A stretch of DNA of 64,000 nt from Candidatus Krumholzibacteriota bacterium (lineage in GTDB: Bacteria; Krumholzibacteriota; Krumholzibacteriia; JAJRXK01), in NCBI GenBank assembly GCA_963727455.1, contig CAVSGG010000009.1:483532-547531 (forward strand). Reading direction: 5' to 3'. The notes beneath the pieces were generated by a model that was not told the DNA's origin, ran no database searches, and was given only the letters and a program-made list of their open reading frames with translations. Shown here one piece after another: positions 34,199 to 46,305 of the stretch (position 1 is its first letter; the number at the start of each line of letters is the position of its first letter). Both the position numbers and the translations under genes were made by a program.

Positions 34199-34710
34199 AT
34201 GCCAAGCGATCGAAGTGGTGCGGGCCGACATCACCACCCTCGAGGTGGACGCGATCGTCAACGCTGCCAACACGAGCCTGCTCGGTGGAGGAGGGGTCGA
34301 TGGCGCCATTCACCGGGCCGCAGGGCCGCAATTGCTCGAGGAATGCCGAAATTTAGGCGGATGCCCCACCGGCGGGGCACGCATTACCCGGGGCTTATGA
34401 ACTGCCCGCCAAATGGGTGATCCACACCGTGGGACCGGTATACCATGGCGGCCAGGCCGGCGAGGCGGAGTTGCTCGCAAGCTGCTACCGGGACAGCCTG
34501 CGACTGGCGCGAGAGGCCGGGGCAAAGACGGTGGCCTTCCCCATGATCAGCTGTGGGGTCTACGCTTACCCTGCCGATCGCGCCTCGCGCATCGCGGCCG
34601 GAACCGTCCGCGGCGAACTACAGGAGCACGAGCTGCCGGAGCGTGTCCTGCTCGTGGCCTTCAGCGAAGCCGATCTGCGGGTGCTTCGAGCCGCCCTGGA
34701 GCCGAACTGA
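34199..34710 (+). CDS. Macro domain O-acetyl-ADP-ribose deacetylase (YmdB-like; frameshifted)
   Basis: [55 protein letters not shown]. Confidence 0.9.
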
Positions 34711-35368
34711 GCCTCTCCTTTCTCAGCCGATCCATCCGATTCTGCAACCACGCCGTCCACTCGGGCAGGCCCTCGCCGGTACGAGCCGATACCTTCAGAA
34801 GGGGAGCTGAGGTGTTGACGCGTTTCAAATCCTCCAGGACGTTATCGAGCGAGAAATCGAGAACCTCCAGAAGATCGATCTTGTTCAGCAGAATGACGTC
34901 CGCCGATTGAAAAAGCGTCGGGTACTTGGCGACCTTGTCGTCGCCCTCGGGAACGCTCAAGAGAATGCAGCGTGCGTGCTCTCCCAGGTCATGGCTGGCC
35001 GGACAGACCATGTTTCCCACGTTCTCGATGAAGAGATATTCGACTTCATCCAGTTTCAGTGCGTCGAGTCCGTCCGCGACCTCGCTCGCCGAGAGGTGGC
35101 ACCCCCTGCCCGTGTTGATCTGGACGGTTTCGCGCGCCACTCCCTCCAGCCGGTCCGCGTCGCGCGTGGTCTGCAGGTCGCCCACCAGCACCGCTGAGGG
35201 GCTACCGAGGGCGGGGATCGTCTTCTGAAGGAGCGTGGTCTTTCCAGAACCGGGCGCGCTCATCAGGTTCAGACCCAGGATCCCCCGCTCCGAAAGACGG
35301 CGTCGGTTGACGGCGGCCACTGCGTCGTTGGCCTTCAGAACGCTTTGCACCACTTTCACGAGTGTCAT
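34661..35368 (-). CDS. hypB: Hydrogenase nickel incorporation GTPase
   Basis: SAPGSGKTTLL, QINTGRGCHL, IENVGNMVCPA, PEGDDKVAKYP, NKIDL. Confidence 0.95.
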   Translation of the reverse strand: MTLVKVVQSVLKANDAVAAVNRRRLSERGILGLNLMSAPGSGKTTLLQKTIPALGSPSAVLVGDLQTTRDADRLEGVARETVQINTGRGCHLSASEVADGLDALKLDEVEYLFIENVGNMVCPASHDLGEHARCILLSVPEGDDKVAKYPTLFQSADVILLNKIDLLEVLDFSLDNVLEDLKRVNTSAPLLKVSARTGEGLPEWTAWLQNRMDRLRKERLSSAPGRLEAPADRLR

Positions 35369-35369
35369 C

Positions 35370-35720
35370 TCAATTCTCCCTCTCTCCTTCTAAAGACATC
35401 AGAATCATCTCGTTTCCTGCGACCAGCTCGGCTTCGGCTCGGCCGCAACTTGGACAGCGATATTCGTCGAGCGCCGCCGGATATTCGTTTGCGCAGGATC
35501 GGCAATGGGCGCGGATGGGCACTTCTTTCGTGTTCAGCCTCGCGTCTGCGGCAAGAGTGTCCCGGCTGGCCGCGGCAAACGCGGCCCGGAGCGCTTCGGG
35601 AACCACCAGAAGTTGCAGACCGAGATCGACGTGAACCTCCGTGATCCGGCTCAGAGAGTGCAGTCGGGCCTGCTCGAGAACTTGATCGAGCAGGGAGATG
35701 GCGAAGGCTGCTTCGTGCAT
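35370..35720 (-). CDS. hypA: Hydrogenase nickel metallochaperone
   Basis: N-terminal MHE; CRSC and CPSC Zn motifs. Confidence 0.93.
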   Translation of the reverse strand: MHEAAFAISLLDQVLEQARLHSLSRITEVHVDLGLQLLVVPEALRAAFAAASRDTLAADARLNTKEVPIRAHCRSCANEYPAALDEYRCPSCGRAEAELVAGNEMILMSLEGEREN

Positions 35721-35746
35721 GGTTTGCCTCGTATTTTTCTCCGGCC

Positions 35747-36760
35747 TCAGCAGATCCTGGGCAGTGCTTCTCCGTGAGGACGCGTGACGATACGGCGTCC
35801 CCGGATGCTCGTGATCAACTCGACCAGCGGAGGCTGTGCCTCGACGAGCTCGCCGATGATCGCCGCCTCACGCCCCAAGGGCTGAGCTCGGAGCAGGCCA
35901 AGAGCCTGTTCCACCGCTGCCGCACTGCACACGGCCACCACCTTTCCCTCGTTGGCCACCCCCAGGGGATCGAGCCCCAAGCAGTTCGGCGGCGTGACGG
36001 GTGTTTCCGTGCAGCGGGATTTTCTCTTCGTAAACCTCGACGCCCAGCTTGCTGCCCTCCGCGATGTCGACCAGGACTCCGGCCAGTCCGCCTCGCGTGG
36101 GGTCGCGCAGGAAACGAAGCTGCGGGCCCAGCGAGCAGAGCGCGGAGCACAGCCGGTTCAGAGGAGCGACGTCGCTTTGCAATCGCGTGGAGAGTTCGAG
36201 CCCCTCCCGGGCCGCCATGATGGTCAGTCCATGATCGGCGATGGGGCCACTGATGAGAATGCGGTCCCCCGCTCGAATCGAGTGCAGATCGAGGCGGAGC
36301 TTTGGATCGACGATTCCCACCCCCGAAGTGGAAATGAACAGGCCGTCTCCCCGCTGACGTTGAATGACCTTGGTATCGCCCGTGGCTACGAACACTCCGG
36401 CCCTCTTGGCCGAATTCGCGATCGATTCCATCACACGATCGAGAGTGGCCAGAGGCAATCCCTCCTCCAGAATGAGAGTCTGGGTGAGGGCCACCGGCCG
36501 CGCTCCCATCACGCTCAGGTCGTTCACCGTCCCACACACTGAGAGGCTCCCGATGTCGCCTCCGTTGAAGAACAAGCGGCTGCACCACCGACGCGTCCGT
36601 GCTCAAGACATACCCGCCCCGCGGGCAGATCGAGCAACGCCCCGTCGGCGAAAGGATCCAGCGCCGGGTTGGAGAGCCAGGGGGCGATACGCTCGCGCAG
36701 GAGCTGATTCATGAGTTCCCCGCCGCCACCATGGGCCAATTGAACGAGTTCTTCCTTCAC
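35747..36760 (-). CDS. hypE: Carbamoyl dehydratase (frameshifted)
   Basis: LAHGGGG, GGDIGSLSVCGTVND, TGDTKV, RDPTRGG, ANEGK, C-terminal LPRIC. Confidence 0.93.
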
Positions 36761-37923
36761 CGCGACCTGCTTTCGGATCGGGCTGGGTCTACCGCTGCGG
36801 GCATACCCAGAGCGGGACGCTCCCTCACGGTGCGGGATGAAGCCTCGCGCACCGTGGCGCCGGCGTACTTGAACCAGGCGGCACAGCTGCCCTCCGAGGA
36901 GACCATGCAGGGTCCCACCGGGTCCGATGGGGTACACGCGACACGAAAGAGCGGGCAAGCGTCCGGCGTGATCTTGCCACAGATCACTTCTCCGCAGCGG
37001 CATCCCGGCGGATGGCTGAATCCGCTTCGAGCGAGAGTCCGAAGCGCTGTGCGGCATCGTAGTCGGCGAACGCCGTCGCGCAACTGCAGGACCGGATTCG
37101 GGCAGGACTCCCAGGGCGCGCCAGGTGGTATCACTCGGCTCGAAGACTCTGTCGATGAGCTCCAGCGCGAGGCGATTGCCTTCGGGCCGAACCGCGACGG
37201 GATAGCAATTTTCCACGGCGGGGCGGCCGCTAAGCGCCATGGCGACCAATCTTTCGATGGCGCACAGCATGCTCTCCGCTTCGAAACCAGCCACTACACA
37301 CGCTTTGCCATAGACGTTCGGCGATAGTCTCATAGACTCGCGTTCCAATGACCACGCTCGACGTGTCCCGGGCAGAGGAAACCGTCTAGGGGCAGGCTCG
37401 GGTCCTCCAGAAGAGCGTGCATGGCGGGGAGCACTCTCTTGTGTCCCACCAGGAGAGAGAAGTTTCGTAGTCCGGCCGCGCGCGCCTCCAGTACCGCCAG
37501 CGCCGAGGCGGGAGTCGTGGTCTCGAACCCGAGAGCGAGAAACACCACCTGTTCCCCGGGATGCTCCATCGCATAGCGGACCGCCGACCGTGCCGAATAC
37601 ACCACCTCCACACGCGCTCCCATCGCGCGCGACTCCGCGAGCGAGAGACTCGTTCCCGGCACGCGCATCATGTCTCCGTAGCTGAGTATGCTGACCCCCT
37701 CTCTCAAAGCCAATTCGCAGGCGGCATCGAGATATCCCACCGGGGTGACGCACACCGGGCAGCCAGGACCTGAGACCAAGCGCAGGGAAGCGGGCAAGAG
37801 AGATTTCACGCCGCTTCGAAACAGAGATACCGTATGGGTGCCACAGATCTCCATGAAGCTCAGCGCACGTTTCCCTTGCACTGCGGCCTCGATCGATGCG
37901 GCAATATCCCGAGGTGTTCTCAT
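36757..37923 (-). CDS. hypD: Hydrogenase maturation Fe-S protein (frameshifted)
   Basis: MEICGTHT, GPGCPVCV, GFETT, PGH, CRCGEVICG...CPLF...CTP..P.GPCMVSSEGSCAA. Confidence 0.93.
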
Positions 37924-38198
37924 CGCAGTTCTCTCTCGCCCTCTGGTTCGGGACTCTGGCCCATGAGCACCCCGGCTTCGCGCAAATAGCTCCAGGTCCT
38001 CGACGCCTCCTCCGCATCGAGTTCTTCCAAGGCCATTCCGGCGTGGACCAGGACCCACGAGCCCACTTCCGCTGAGGGAACCAGCACCAGGGAGACCCTC
38101 GTCTTCGTTCCCAGAAAGTCCACGAGACCTTCGGGCCCCAAGGCGCCAGCCGGATTCTCATCGATGGAAATCACCCGGCCCGGTACTGCCAAGCACAT
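37920..38198 (-). CDS. hypC: Hydrogenase maturation chaperone
   Basis: MCLAVPG, VLVHAGMA. Confidence 0.95.
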   Translation of the reverse strand: MCLAVPGRVISIDENPAGALGPEGLVDFLGTKTRVSLVLVPSAEVGSWVLVHAGMALEELDAEEASRTWSYLREAGVLMGQSPEPEGERELR

Positions 38199-38207
38199 GA
38201 GAACCTC

Positions 38208-40504
38208 CTACACCTGTGCCGCGGCCACGAGAGCCTGCCCGAAGGAAAGCCCCCCGTCGCCGCAAGGAAGCTGCTGGTGCCGGTAGACCTCCAAGCCCGA
38301 GGCACTGAGTGCATCAGCGAGCTCGTGTAACAGGATGCGATTGACGAAGCAGCCCCCCGAGAGCACGACCTTTCGTATCCCGGTTTGGCGCGCGCAGTTT
38401 CGCGTCGCTTCGGCAAACAGCTCGCACACCCCACGGTGGAAAGCGCGCGCGCAGGCAGGCAACTCCGCCCCCTCTTCCCTCGCGCGCAAGAGATCCAACA
38501 CGAGTGCAACCCCGTTCATTTCCCAAAGACCACTCTCGTTTCGCGCCACCCTGGTTTTGGTCTTGGGCCAGCTTCGGGCCTGTCGCGCACTTACTTCCAG
38601 ACTGACAGCCGCCTCTCCCTCGTAACGATTGTGACCACACACGCCCAACAAGAAAGCCGCTGCGTCGAAGAGTCTCCCCAAACTCGAACAGGGGACGGCC
38701 GTGTCCGCTTGCAGCATCTGCTTGGTGGCTGTCTGCGTGAGAAGCGGATCCGGCCTGTCGATCCAGCGGGGAAGGGCCTGAACCCAGTCCTTCGAAAAAG
38801 CTCGAAAGAGAAGCGCGGCACCACTACGCCAGGGCTGAAGCGCGGCCGCATCACCGCCGAAGAGAGGAAGCTGCGTTAGGTGGGCCAGACGCTCGAAATT
38901 ATTGTAGCGCGCCAGGAGGATCTCTCCGCCCCAGATCGTCCCATCCGTTCCGTAGCCAGTGCCATCACAGATGATGGCCAGAACCGGCCCCTTAAGATGA
39001 TTCTCTGCCATACAGGACACGGCGTGCGCGTGGTGGTGTTGCACTTCCACCAAGTCCACACCCAAAGAGCGCGCGAACTTCGAACTGTGATAGAGAGGAT
39101 GTAGGTCGCACGCGTAGCGCTGCGGGTCGACCCGCAAGAGTTCCTGCAAGCGCCGACCGGCATCGAGAAACTTGCGATAGGCGCGGGGATTCTCGAGGTC
39201 GCCGATGTGCTCGGAGAGTACCGCGCTTCTTTCCTTCAAAAGACAAATCGTGGACTTCAGGTCGCCGCCAAAGGCCATGACGGGCTCGCGGGCATGTTTC
39301 GAGCACACGATGGGATCCGGCACGAATCCACGGGCGCGGCGCAGCACGCTGGGCTTTTCATTCTGCTGAGAGAGCAGCACGGAGTCATCGATCGGCCGTA
39401 CGATGGGCCGGTCGTGCAGAAGGAAGGCGTCGACCATACCCTTCAGGCGCTGTAGGGCGCCTTCGTTGGTGAAACACAGCGGTTCGTTGGTGGTGTTGGC
39501 GGAGGTCATGACGAGCGGCAGAGTGCACTCGTTGAGCAGCAGTCGATGCAGGGGTGTGTAGGGCAAGAGCAATCCGAGGAGATCGCTGACTCCGTAGACG
39601 CTGGGAGCAATGCGAGCCTGTGAACTTCTCTGCACCAGGAGAATGGGTGCTGCGATGGACACCAGAGCTTGCTCATCCAGCCGGCTGAGCGTGGCATAGC
39701 TGCGCGCGGCCTCAAGATTCTCTACCATGACCGCGAGCGGCTTTGCCTCGCGTCCCTTGCGAGTTCGCAGACGATTCACGGTATCCTCGTCGTCCGCCCG
39801 GCACGCGAGATGAAATCCACCCAGACCCTTGATTGCGAGGATCTTTCCCTCTTGCAGGATGACGCGCACTATCTCGCAGAGGATCTATGGAGGGAAGGAC
39901 AGTGCCCTCACTGTCGCTCAGCCAAAGTCTGGGACCGCACTCGGGACAGGCATTGGGTTGAGCGTGGAATCGCCGATGGGCGGAGTCGTCATACTCGGCC
40001 TGGCATCGAGGGCACATCCTAAAATCTGCCATGCTCGTTCGCGCGCGGTCGTAAGGTACTTCCTCGATGATGCTGTAGCGCGGGCCCGCAGTTCGTGCAG
40101 TTGGTGAAGGCATAGCGGTAGCGACGGTCCTTCGGATCAAGACATTCTGCAAGACACTCGGGACAGACCGCGGCATCGGGAGTGATGTCCATTTCTTGCT
40201 TCTGCAGCCACACCGATTCGGCCACCGCAAATCCGCCGCTCCTTGGCAGGGAAGTCGGTTCACCTCGATGTCGATGATGCGCGCGAGTGGCGGGAGTTCG
40301 CCAAAGAGTCGTCGACGGAAGGAATCGAGATTGGCGGAAGATCCCTCGATTTCGAGGAATACGCCACCCGAGTCGTTGCCCACGAATCCCCGCAAGTCCA
40401 AGGACTGGGCCAGCCGCACCACGAAGGGACGAAAGCCGACCCCCTGTACGCGTCCGCGCACGCGCAGATGCAAACGTTGCGCAAGTAGTGCTGTTAGGTC
40501 CCAT
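38208..40504 (-). CDS. hypF: Carbamoyltransferase (frameshifted; start approximate)
   Basis: [15 protein letters not shown]...[13 protein letters not shown]...[41 protein letters not shown]. Confidence 0.93.
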
Positions 40505-40508
40505 GGTA

Positions 40509-41213
40509 TCACCAGCCCAAAAAGAGCATGCCTCCGCCGCAGACACTCAGAGTCACTCCCGCGAGGACCTGGCCCCAGCGATGCAGCCATCTCGCGGGTA
40601 GGACGCGCAATCCAGCCGATAGAGAGCTCACGAGCACCAACATGGTGCCGATCGTAACCAACGCGAAAATGGTGGTGACCAAGATCAGCTGGCGAGGTTT
40701 GCTCGTGCGGCCGGCACCATCACGATGGGAATCAGGGGCTCGCAGGGGCCGAACACGAAGATGGTGAAGAGGACCCATGGGTGTGATTTTGCCGTCTCCG
40801 TGGGCGTGCGTGTGGCCAGCCACGTGACTGTGAGAATGTGTATGTCGCGTGCCGTCTGAGTGGATGTGAGAATGCGTGTGGGTGCGCGACCTGAGCATGC
40901 GCCAGAGCGCCACAACCGTGTAGGTGCATCCGAAGATGAACAGCAGCCACGCAGCCACCTGCCCACGAGATGACTCGGTCGCGCTGAGTTTGAAGATGGA
41001 GAGCCCGAAAGCCACTCCGACGAGTCCCAAGACGATCGAGCTCCCGACATGTCCTAGCCCGCACACTGCGGTCAGGCCCAGAGTCCGCGGCAGTGACCAG
41101 GACTTGGCGCGTCCGATGGCGATGAAGGGCAGATAGTGATCGGGTCCGGTAAGGGTGTGGAGCAACGCTACACTCGCCGAGACCATGCACAGAGACAAGA
41201 GTTCAGGGTTCAT
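40509..41213 (-). CDS. His-rich nickel/cobalt permease-like membrane protein (UreH/HoxN-like; frameshifted)
   Basis: HTLTGPDH motif, [32 protein letters not shown] loop, PCEP; lies inside the hydrogenase locus. Confidence 0.78.
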   Translation of the reverse strand: MNPELLSLCMVSASVALLHTLTGPDHYLPFIAIGRAKSWSLPRTLGLTAVCGLGHVGSSIVLGLVGVAFGLSIFKLSATESSRGQVAAWLLFIFGCTYTVVALWRMLRSRTHTHSHIHSDGTRHTHSHSHVAGHTHAHGDGKITPMGPLHHLRVRPLRAPDSHRDGAGRTSKPRQLILVTTIFALVTIGTMLVLVSSLSAGLRVLPARWLHRWGQVLAGVTLSVCGGGMLFLGW

Positions 41214-41743
41214 GGCTTCGACCTCACCTCCCCGTTCGCTCCCTCGTGAAGCACGATCTGAGCCGAGGCGGCAAGAAGGAGTTTCTCCACCCCACCGCCC
41301 TCGAAGACCTCCTGCAAGAACTCGATCGCCTTCGCCAGATTCTCCGGCGCTCCCGCGAGAGAGCTATTCCCCGTAGGAATGAAATTCGTAGCCGCGAATG
41401 CCCAGGAGAAAAGCACGCGGAGTGACGCCGAGCGCCTCGCGCGCAGTCGCAAGTACCGTAGCCGCGTCACACATGTGCGAGGTGAAATGGGAGTCTCGTC
41501 TTCGCCTCGACTACTTCCACCGTGAATGGCGAGGGTGCGTCTATCGACGCATCGACGAAGATGACGGTTTCGTGCCTCGCCACGATCCAGGCGTCCTCCA
41601 CCGTGAGTTGATAGTCGCTCTCCACAGCTGAGCTGTGGTAGTGCGAGAACTTCGAAAGCCCGCGCACAGGCCGGACCCAAACCATCATCGAGACGACCCG
41701 GATTGCCGTATGCGTAGAGCAAATAGGGTCGCTTGGCATCCAT
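41210..41743 (-). CDS. hoxW: Hydrogenase maturation endopeptidase (frameshifted)
   Basis: YGNPGRLDDGLG, YQLTVED, VIFVDA; directly after hoxH. Confidence 0.85.
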   Translation of the reverse strand: MDAKRPYLLYAYGNPGRLDDGLGPACARAFEVLALPQLSCGERLSTHGGGRLDRGEARNRHLRRCVDRRTLAIHGGSSRGEDETPISPRTCVTRLRYLRLRARRSASLRVLFSWAFAATNFIPTGNSSLAGAPENLAKAIEFLQEVFEGGGVEKLLLAASAQIVLHEGANGEVRSKP

Positions 41744-41746
41744 GGC

Positions 41747-43177
41747 TCATGCCTTCTTGCGTCGTGCGATCACGTTCCCGTGCCCATCCACGAGTTCAAC
41801 GATGAGCGGCATCTGCCCCAGCGAATGGGTCGCACAGGACAGGCAGGGATCGTAGGCCCGAATCGCGACTTCCACGTGATTGAGCAGGCCCTCGTTGATC
41901 TCACGGCCGGTAAGGTACTTTTCCGCCACGTCCGACACGGCGCGGTTCATGGCCTCGTTGTTGGAAGTGGTGGAGACGATGAGATTGGCCATCGTCACCT
42001 GATCGTTCTCGTCCACCCGGTAGTGATGGAAGAGAGTTCCCCGGGGAGCCTCGAGAATGGCCGACCCCTTCTCCCCGGAACTCCCCCTTCACCACGAGAT
42101 CTTCTCCCTGCAAATCAGGATCGTTCAGCAGATCTCGGATCATGCTCGATGCAATGCAGAAGTTCGATCATCCGCGCCCAGTGATAGGCAAGGCTCAGGT
42201 TGTTCGGCATTGCCGCCGCTGACCGCCATGAATTCCTCGCGGGCAGCATCCGCCTCGGGGGTTCCCATGCGATCGCAGAGATTCACGCGCGCAAGTGGCC
42301 CCACCCGGTACCATCCCTTCCTCGGCCCCAAGGAGCGAATGAAGGGAAATTTCATGTACGACCACGAACGAACTTCCTCCGCGATATACTCGGCATAGTC
42401 CTGCGGATTCATTCTCTGAAAGATGATGGAACCCCTAGCGTCGATGGCCTTCAGTTTGCCGTCGTAAAGGTCGAGGGTTCCTGATTCGTCTACCAAACCC
42501 AGGTGGTTGGAGTCGAAGGCAGCAAACTGCGAGGCCGTCTCGAGGTGCGACAGCGTATAGTCCCGCGCGATGTTCACCGCGCTTCTCGACCACTCCATCT
42601 GCTGATCGATCGACGAAAGAAAGTGGTCCCTCTCCTCGATGGAGAGATTCTTGTTGACCCCGCCGGGAATGGAGCCTGTCCCGTGAATCCTCTTCCCTGC
42701 CGTGGCTTCGATGATCTCCTGTCCGTAGCGGCGCATCATGATCCCCTGCGTCGCAAGCTGCGGATACTCCTGGGCAACTCCGATGACGTTGCGCTTCGCC
42801 ACCTCTCCATCGAATCCAAAAAGAAGATCGGGAGACGCGAGATGGAAGAAATGCAAAGCGTGACTCTGGTAGATCTGCCCGTAGTGCATGAGCCGGCGAA
42901 TCTTCTCGGCAGTTGGCGTGATCTTCTCGGCACCGATGACGTAGTCCATGGCCTTCGAAGCAGCCAGATGATGGCTCACCGGACAGATGCCACAAAGTCT
43001 TTGCACCAGGACTGGAACTTCCCAATAGGGCCGGCCTTGGATGAAGCGTTCGAAACCGCGGAATTCCACCACGTGAAGGCGCGCCTGATCGACGTTCCCC
43101 CTGTCATCGAGGTGAATCGTGACCTTCCCGTGACCCTCCACCCTCGTGACCGGTTCGATGACCACTCTGGTGTTCAT
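41747..43177 (-). CDS. hoxH: NAD-reducing [NiFe]-hydrogenase large subunit, group 3d (frameshifted near the 3' end)
   Basis: EPVTRVEGHGK, L1 RLCGICPVSH, YRVGPLAR, L2 AYDPCLSCATH followed by a cleavable tail. Confidence 0.93.
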
Positions 43178-43248
43178 TCTTGCATCCCCGTGTTTTTGCT
43201 TACAAACTTTCGAGCCTGCGCTCTGACGCCCAGTCTCGAAACGATGAT

Positions 43249-43803
43249 TCAGTCGTACTTGATCAGTTCGTACGGAAGCTCGACATCCTCGTGCGATAGC
43301 AACGCCGTCAGAACCTTCCACAGAGTCTCGGCCGAGGGAGGGCATCCCATGATGTGATAGTCGACCTTGACCACTTCATGGCAGGGAATGACTCGATTCA
43401 GAAGCAGAGGAATCTCTTGATCGTTGGGAATCGTGCCGCTGGGGTTGTAGACGGTGGGGCCACTTTGATAGGCCTCGTCGAGACATTCCTTCAGTGCGAT
43501 GGGATTGCGTAGGGCCGGGATTCCGCCGGTCCGCGCGCACTCGCCCACCGAGACGAGAATCTCACAGTGCTGGCGGATTTGCTGCAGCACGTGCACGTTC
43601 TCGTCGTTGGAGCATCCCCCTTCCACCAGCCCAATGGTGCAATGATCGTGGAATTCCTTGATGTCGTCGATGGGACAGCGGTCGAAATCCGCGATCTCCA
43701 CCAGGTCCAACAAACGCTCGTCGATATCCAGGAGCGACATGTGGCAGCCAAAGCAGCCGGCCAGGGAGGTGGTAGCGATACGCGGCTTCACTTTCGTGAT
43801 CAT
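43249..43803 (-). CDS. hoxY: NAD-reducing hydrogenase small subunit
   Basis: LAGCFGCHMS, VEGGC, VGECARTGG, GCPP; short one-cluster form. Confidence 0.92.
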   Translation of the reverse strand: MITKVKPRIATTSLAGCFGCHMSLLDIDERLLDLVEIADFDRCPIDDIKEFHDHCTIGLVEGGCSNDENVHVLQQIRQHCEILVSVGECARTGGIPALRNPIALKECLDEAYQSGPTVYNPSGTIPNDQEIPLLLNRVIPCHEVVKVDYHIMGCPPSAETLWKVLTALLSHEDVELPYELIKYD

Positions 43804-44507
43804 GAGGACTGAACCTCCGGCTTCGCCGACTCGATTTCCGAGCCGATGGGCGTGTGATCGAAACGGCGCTTTCCCACCGGTACGGTGAATGCACTGCCTT
43901 TGCGTAGAATCGCGCCCACCGGACAAGCCTCCACCGCCGCTTCCGCGCTTTCGCGGTCCATGTTCTCGGTCACCACCACGCGCTTGCCCTTCCCGCGCCC
44001 GATGAACTCGAACGCCGCCCCGCGGTGGCGCTCCCTCGCCGTCTCCACACAGCGGCCGCAGAGGATGCAGCGGTTGTGGTCTACGTAGAAGTGGGGATGC
44101 TCAGCGTCCACGCTGCGCAAGGGGAATTGATAGGGAAAGCGCACCTTCTCGATGCCGAAGCGGTACGCAAGAGCCTGTAGCTCGCAGTTGCCGCTCTTCT
44201 CGCAGCAAGGGCAGAAATGGTTGCCCTCGGCGAACAGCATCTCCACGATCATGCGCCGCATCTGGCGCAGCTCGTCCGATTCGATCTCCACCCGCGCGTC
44301 CTCGGTGGCCGGTTGCGTACAGGAAGCCATGAAGCGCCCGTTCACCTTTACCATACAGACGCGGCAAGCGCCCGTCGGGTGCAATTCCTGGAATGCGCAG
44401 AGATGGGGCACGTAGATCCCGTTGTCTTCAGCGGCTTCCAGAATGCTCCTCCCCTTCTCGGTTCGAACCTTCTTTCCATCGATGCGGAAGGTGATTTTCT
44501 CAGCCAC
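43800..44507 (-). CDS. hoxU: Diaphorase Fe-S subunit
   Basis: PHLC...GACRVCMV...ASC, HFCPCCEKSGNCELQ, CILCGRCV, CPVGA. Confidence 0.92.
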   Translation of the reverse strand: MAEKITFRIDGKKVRTEKGRSILEAAEDNGIYVPHLCAFQELHPTGACRVCMVKVNGRFMASCTQPATEDARVEIESDELRQMRRMIVEMLFAEGNHFCPCCEKSGNCELQALAYRFGIEKVRFPYQFPLRSVDAEHPHFYVDHNRCILCGRCVETARERHRGAAFEFIGRGKGKRVVVTENMDRESAEAAVEACPVGAILRKGSAFTVPVGKRRFDHTPIGSEIESAKPEVQSS

Positions 44508-46305
44508 GATCGCCCTCCTCACCCAGATGCGCCGATCGCCGCCCCGCCAAAGCAGCGGCTTGCGAAGTTGCAGCAGCCAAGTCGAATCCCCTTTCGACGC
44601 CGAGCTTGCTCTTGTAGAGCTCGGGAAAGTTCTCCATTGTACTCGTCACCGGATTGTGAGAGGTCTGGCCCAAGCCGCAGCGACTTGCGGCACCCATGAC
44701 GGTCGCCAGCGAGCGCAGCAGTTCGAGATCCTCTCGCTTTCCCCAGCCCGCGCGTACTCGCTGCACGAGTTGCAGAATCACTTCGTTCCCGAAGCGGCAA
44801 GGCGTGCAGTATCCGCAGCTCTCCTCGCAGAAGAACTGCATGTAGTGCTCCACCATTGCCAATAGATCGCGCGAGTGATTGAAGATTATGATGGCTCCGC
44901 TAGTGGCTAGATCGTCGAAGGCGATGCGCCGGTCGAAACCAGCTTTCGAAATGAACTGACCCGAGGGACCTCCAACCAGGACCGCTCGGGTATTTTCCGC
45001 TCCCGACTTCTTCAGCACTTCGCGGAGGCTGGTTCCGTATTCGAACTCGTAGACCCCCGGCCATGAGCAATCTCCGCACACGCTCAGAAGCTTCGTTCCG
45101 GGAGACGATTCGGTGCCCAGTGATCGGAACCACTCGCTTCCCTTGAGCACGATGCGCGTCGCGGCGCACAGCGTTTCCACGTTGTTTACTACGGTGGGTT
45201 GGTCGCGATAGCCCTTCTCGGCCGGGAAGGGCGGTTTCGTCTTGGGATCTCCGCGCCTTCCCTCACAGCTCGAGATCAGCGCGGTCTCCTCTCCACAGAC
45301 ATAAGAGCCGGCGCCCATCTGAATCCGGATGTCGAAATCGAAACCCCTCACTCCAGCGATGGAAGGACCCAAAAGTCCTTCGTCGCGATACTCCTGAAGG
45401 CTCGCCTCGAGGAAGCGGCGGAGGTACTGGTACTCGCCCCGCAAATACACGATGCCGGTATCTGCGCCAATGGCCCTAGCCGAGATGATCATCCCCTCGA
45501 TGAACAGACCCGGGTACTCGGTGAGAAGCACGCGGTCCTTGAAGGTCCCCGGCTCTCCCTCATCCGCGTTGCAGATCACGGTCTTTTGTGAACCGCTGGC
45601 CACTGCGGCGAATTTCCACTTCGTTCCGGTCGGGAAGGCTGCACCGCCTCGACCACGCAAACCGGATTCTTCCAGGAGTTTTATAACCTGGCCCGGCTCC
45701 ATTCGCGCCACCTTGCGCACGGCCTCACCCTTGGGCCAGGGCGTCAGAATCGCGGGTCCCGCCTTCTCGATGTGGTTTTGCACCATGCTGCGCACGAGCG
45801 GGGAGGCATTGTTCCCATCTCCCACTGAGCACAGAATGGCGGCTGGATCCTTGGTCTTCCGCAGTGTATCCACGAGTTCGGGCACGCTCTCCGGCCTCAG
45901 ATTCGTCACGGGAACGCTGCCGATGAGAGCGGCCGGGGCCTGATCGCTCATGCCGATACACGGGGTCCACTGCAGACCGAAGAGCCCATCCTCAGTGACT
46001 GATCCCATGGGGATCCCCAGCTCGCGTTCGAATACGCGGGCTACGTCCTCCACCTTCGCCATGCGATCGACGACGTCGTTGCACAGACGGATGGGAATGT
46101 GGCCCCGCGGATGATCGCTCAGGAAAGCGTAGAAGGAGACTGCACTCTCCACCTCCACAGGCTCGCACGACACGGACTCGGCAATTGCAAGCGCGCTGTC
46201 TTTCGAGATGCAACCGAGTGAGGTCTGAACCTCCCGGACGATATCCATCAATCGCGTTCGGTCGTTTCCGTACCGGGCGCAGATCGAGGAAATTGGATCC
46301 GCCAT
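44500..46305 (-). CDS. hoxF: Diaphorase FMN/NADH subunit (NuoE-like domain fused to NuoF-like domain)
   Basis: SFYAF, CIGMSDQAPA, GLRGRGGAAFPTG, NADEGEPGTFKDR, YVCGEETAL, ESCGYCTPCR, CGLG. Confidence 0.93.
   Translation of the reverse strand: MADPISSICARYGNDRTRLMDIVREVQTSLGCISKDSALAIAESVSCEPVEVESAVSFYAFLSDHPRGHIPIRLCNDVVDRMAKVEDVARVFERELGIPMGSVTEDGLFGLQWTPCIGMSDQAPAALIGSVPVTNLRPESVPELVDTLRKTKDPAAILCSVGDGNNASPLVRSMVQNHIEKAGPAILTPWPKGEAVRKVARMEPGQVIKLLEESGLRGRGGAAFPTGTKWKFAAVASGSQKTVICNADEGEPGTFKDRVLLTEYPGLFIEGMIISARAIGADTGIVYLRGEYQYLRRFLEASLQEYRDEGLLGPSIAGVRGFDFDIRIQMGAGSYVCGEETALISSCEGRRGDPKTKPPFPAEKGYRDQPTVVNNVETLCAATRIVLKGSEWFRSLGTESSPGTKLLSVCGDCSWPGVYEFEYGTSLREVLKKSGAENTRAVLVGGPSGQFISKAGFDRRIAFDDLATSGAIIIFNHSRDLLAMVEHYMQFFCEESCGYCTPCRFGNEVILQLVQRVRAGWGKREDLELLRSLATVMGAASRCGLGQTSHNPVTSTMENFPELYKSKLGVERGFDLAAATSQAAALAGRRSAHLGEEGDRG

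Noticed and set aside
33174-34710. EEP nuclease plus macro domain as an anti-phage or toxin-antitoxin system
   Set aside because: The genes are divergent, the nuclease is an exported lipoprotein, the macro protein looks like ordinary YmdB, and no ADP-ribosyltransferase is nearby
41747-43803. Selenocysteine ([NiFeSe]) hydrogenase
   Set aside because: L1 and L2 motifs use ordinary Cys (RLCGIC, DPCLSC); the breaks are frameshifts, not in-frame TGA
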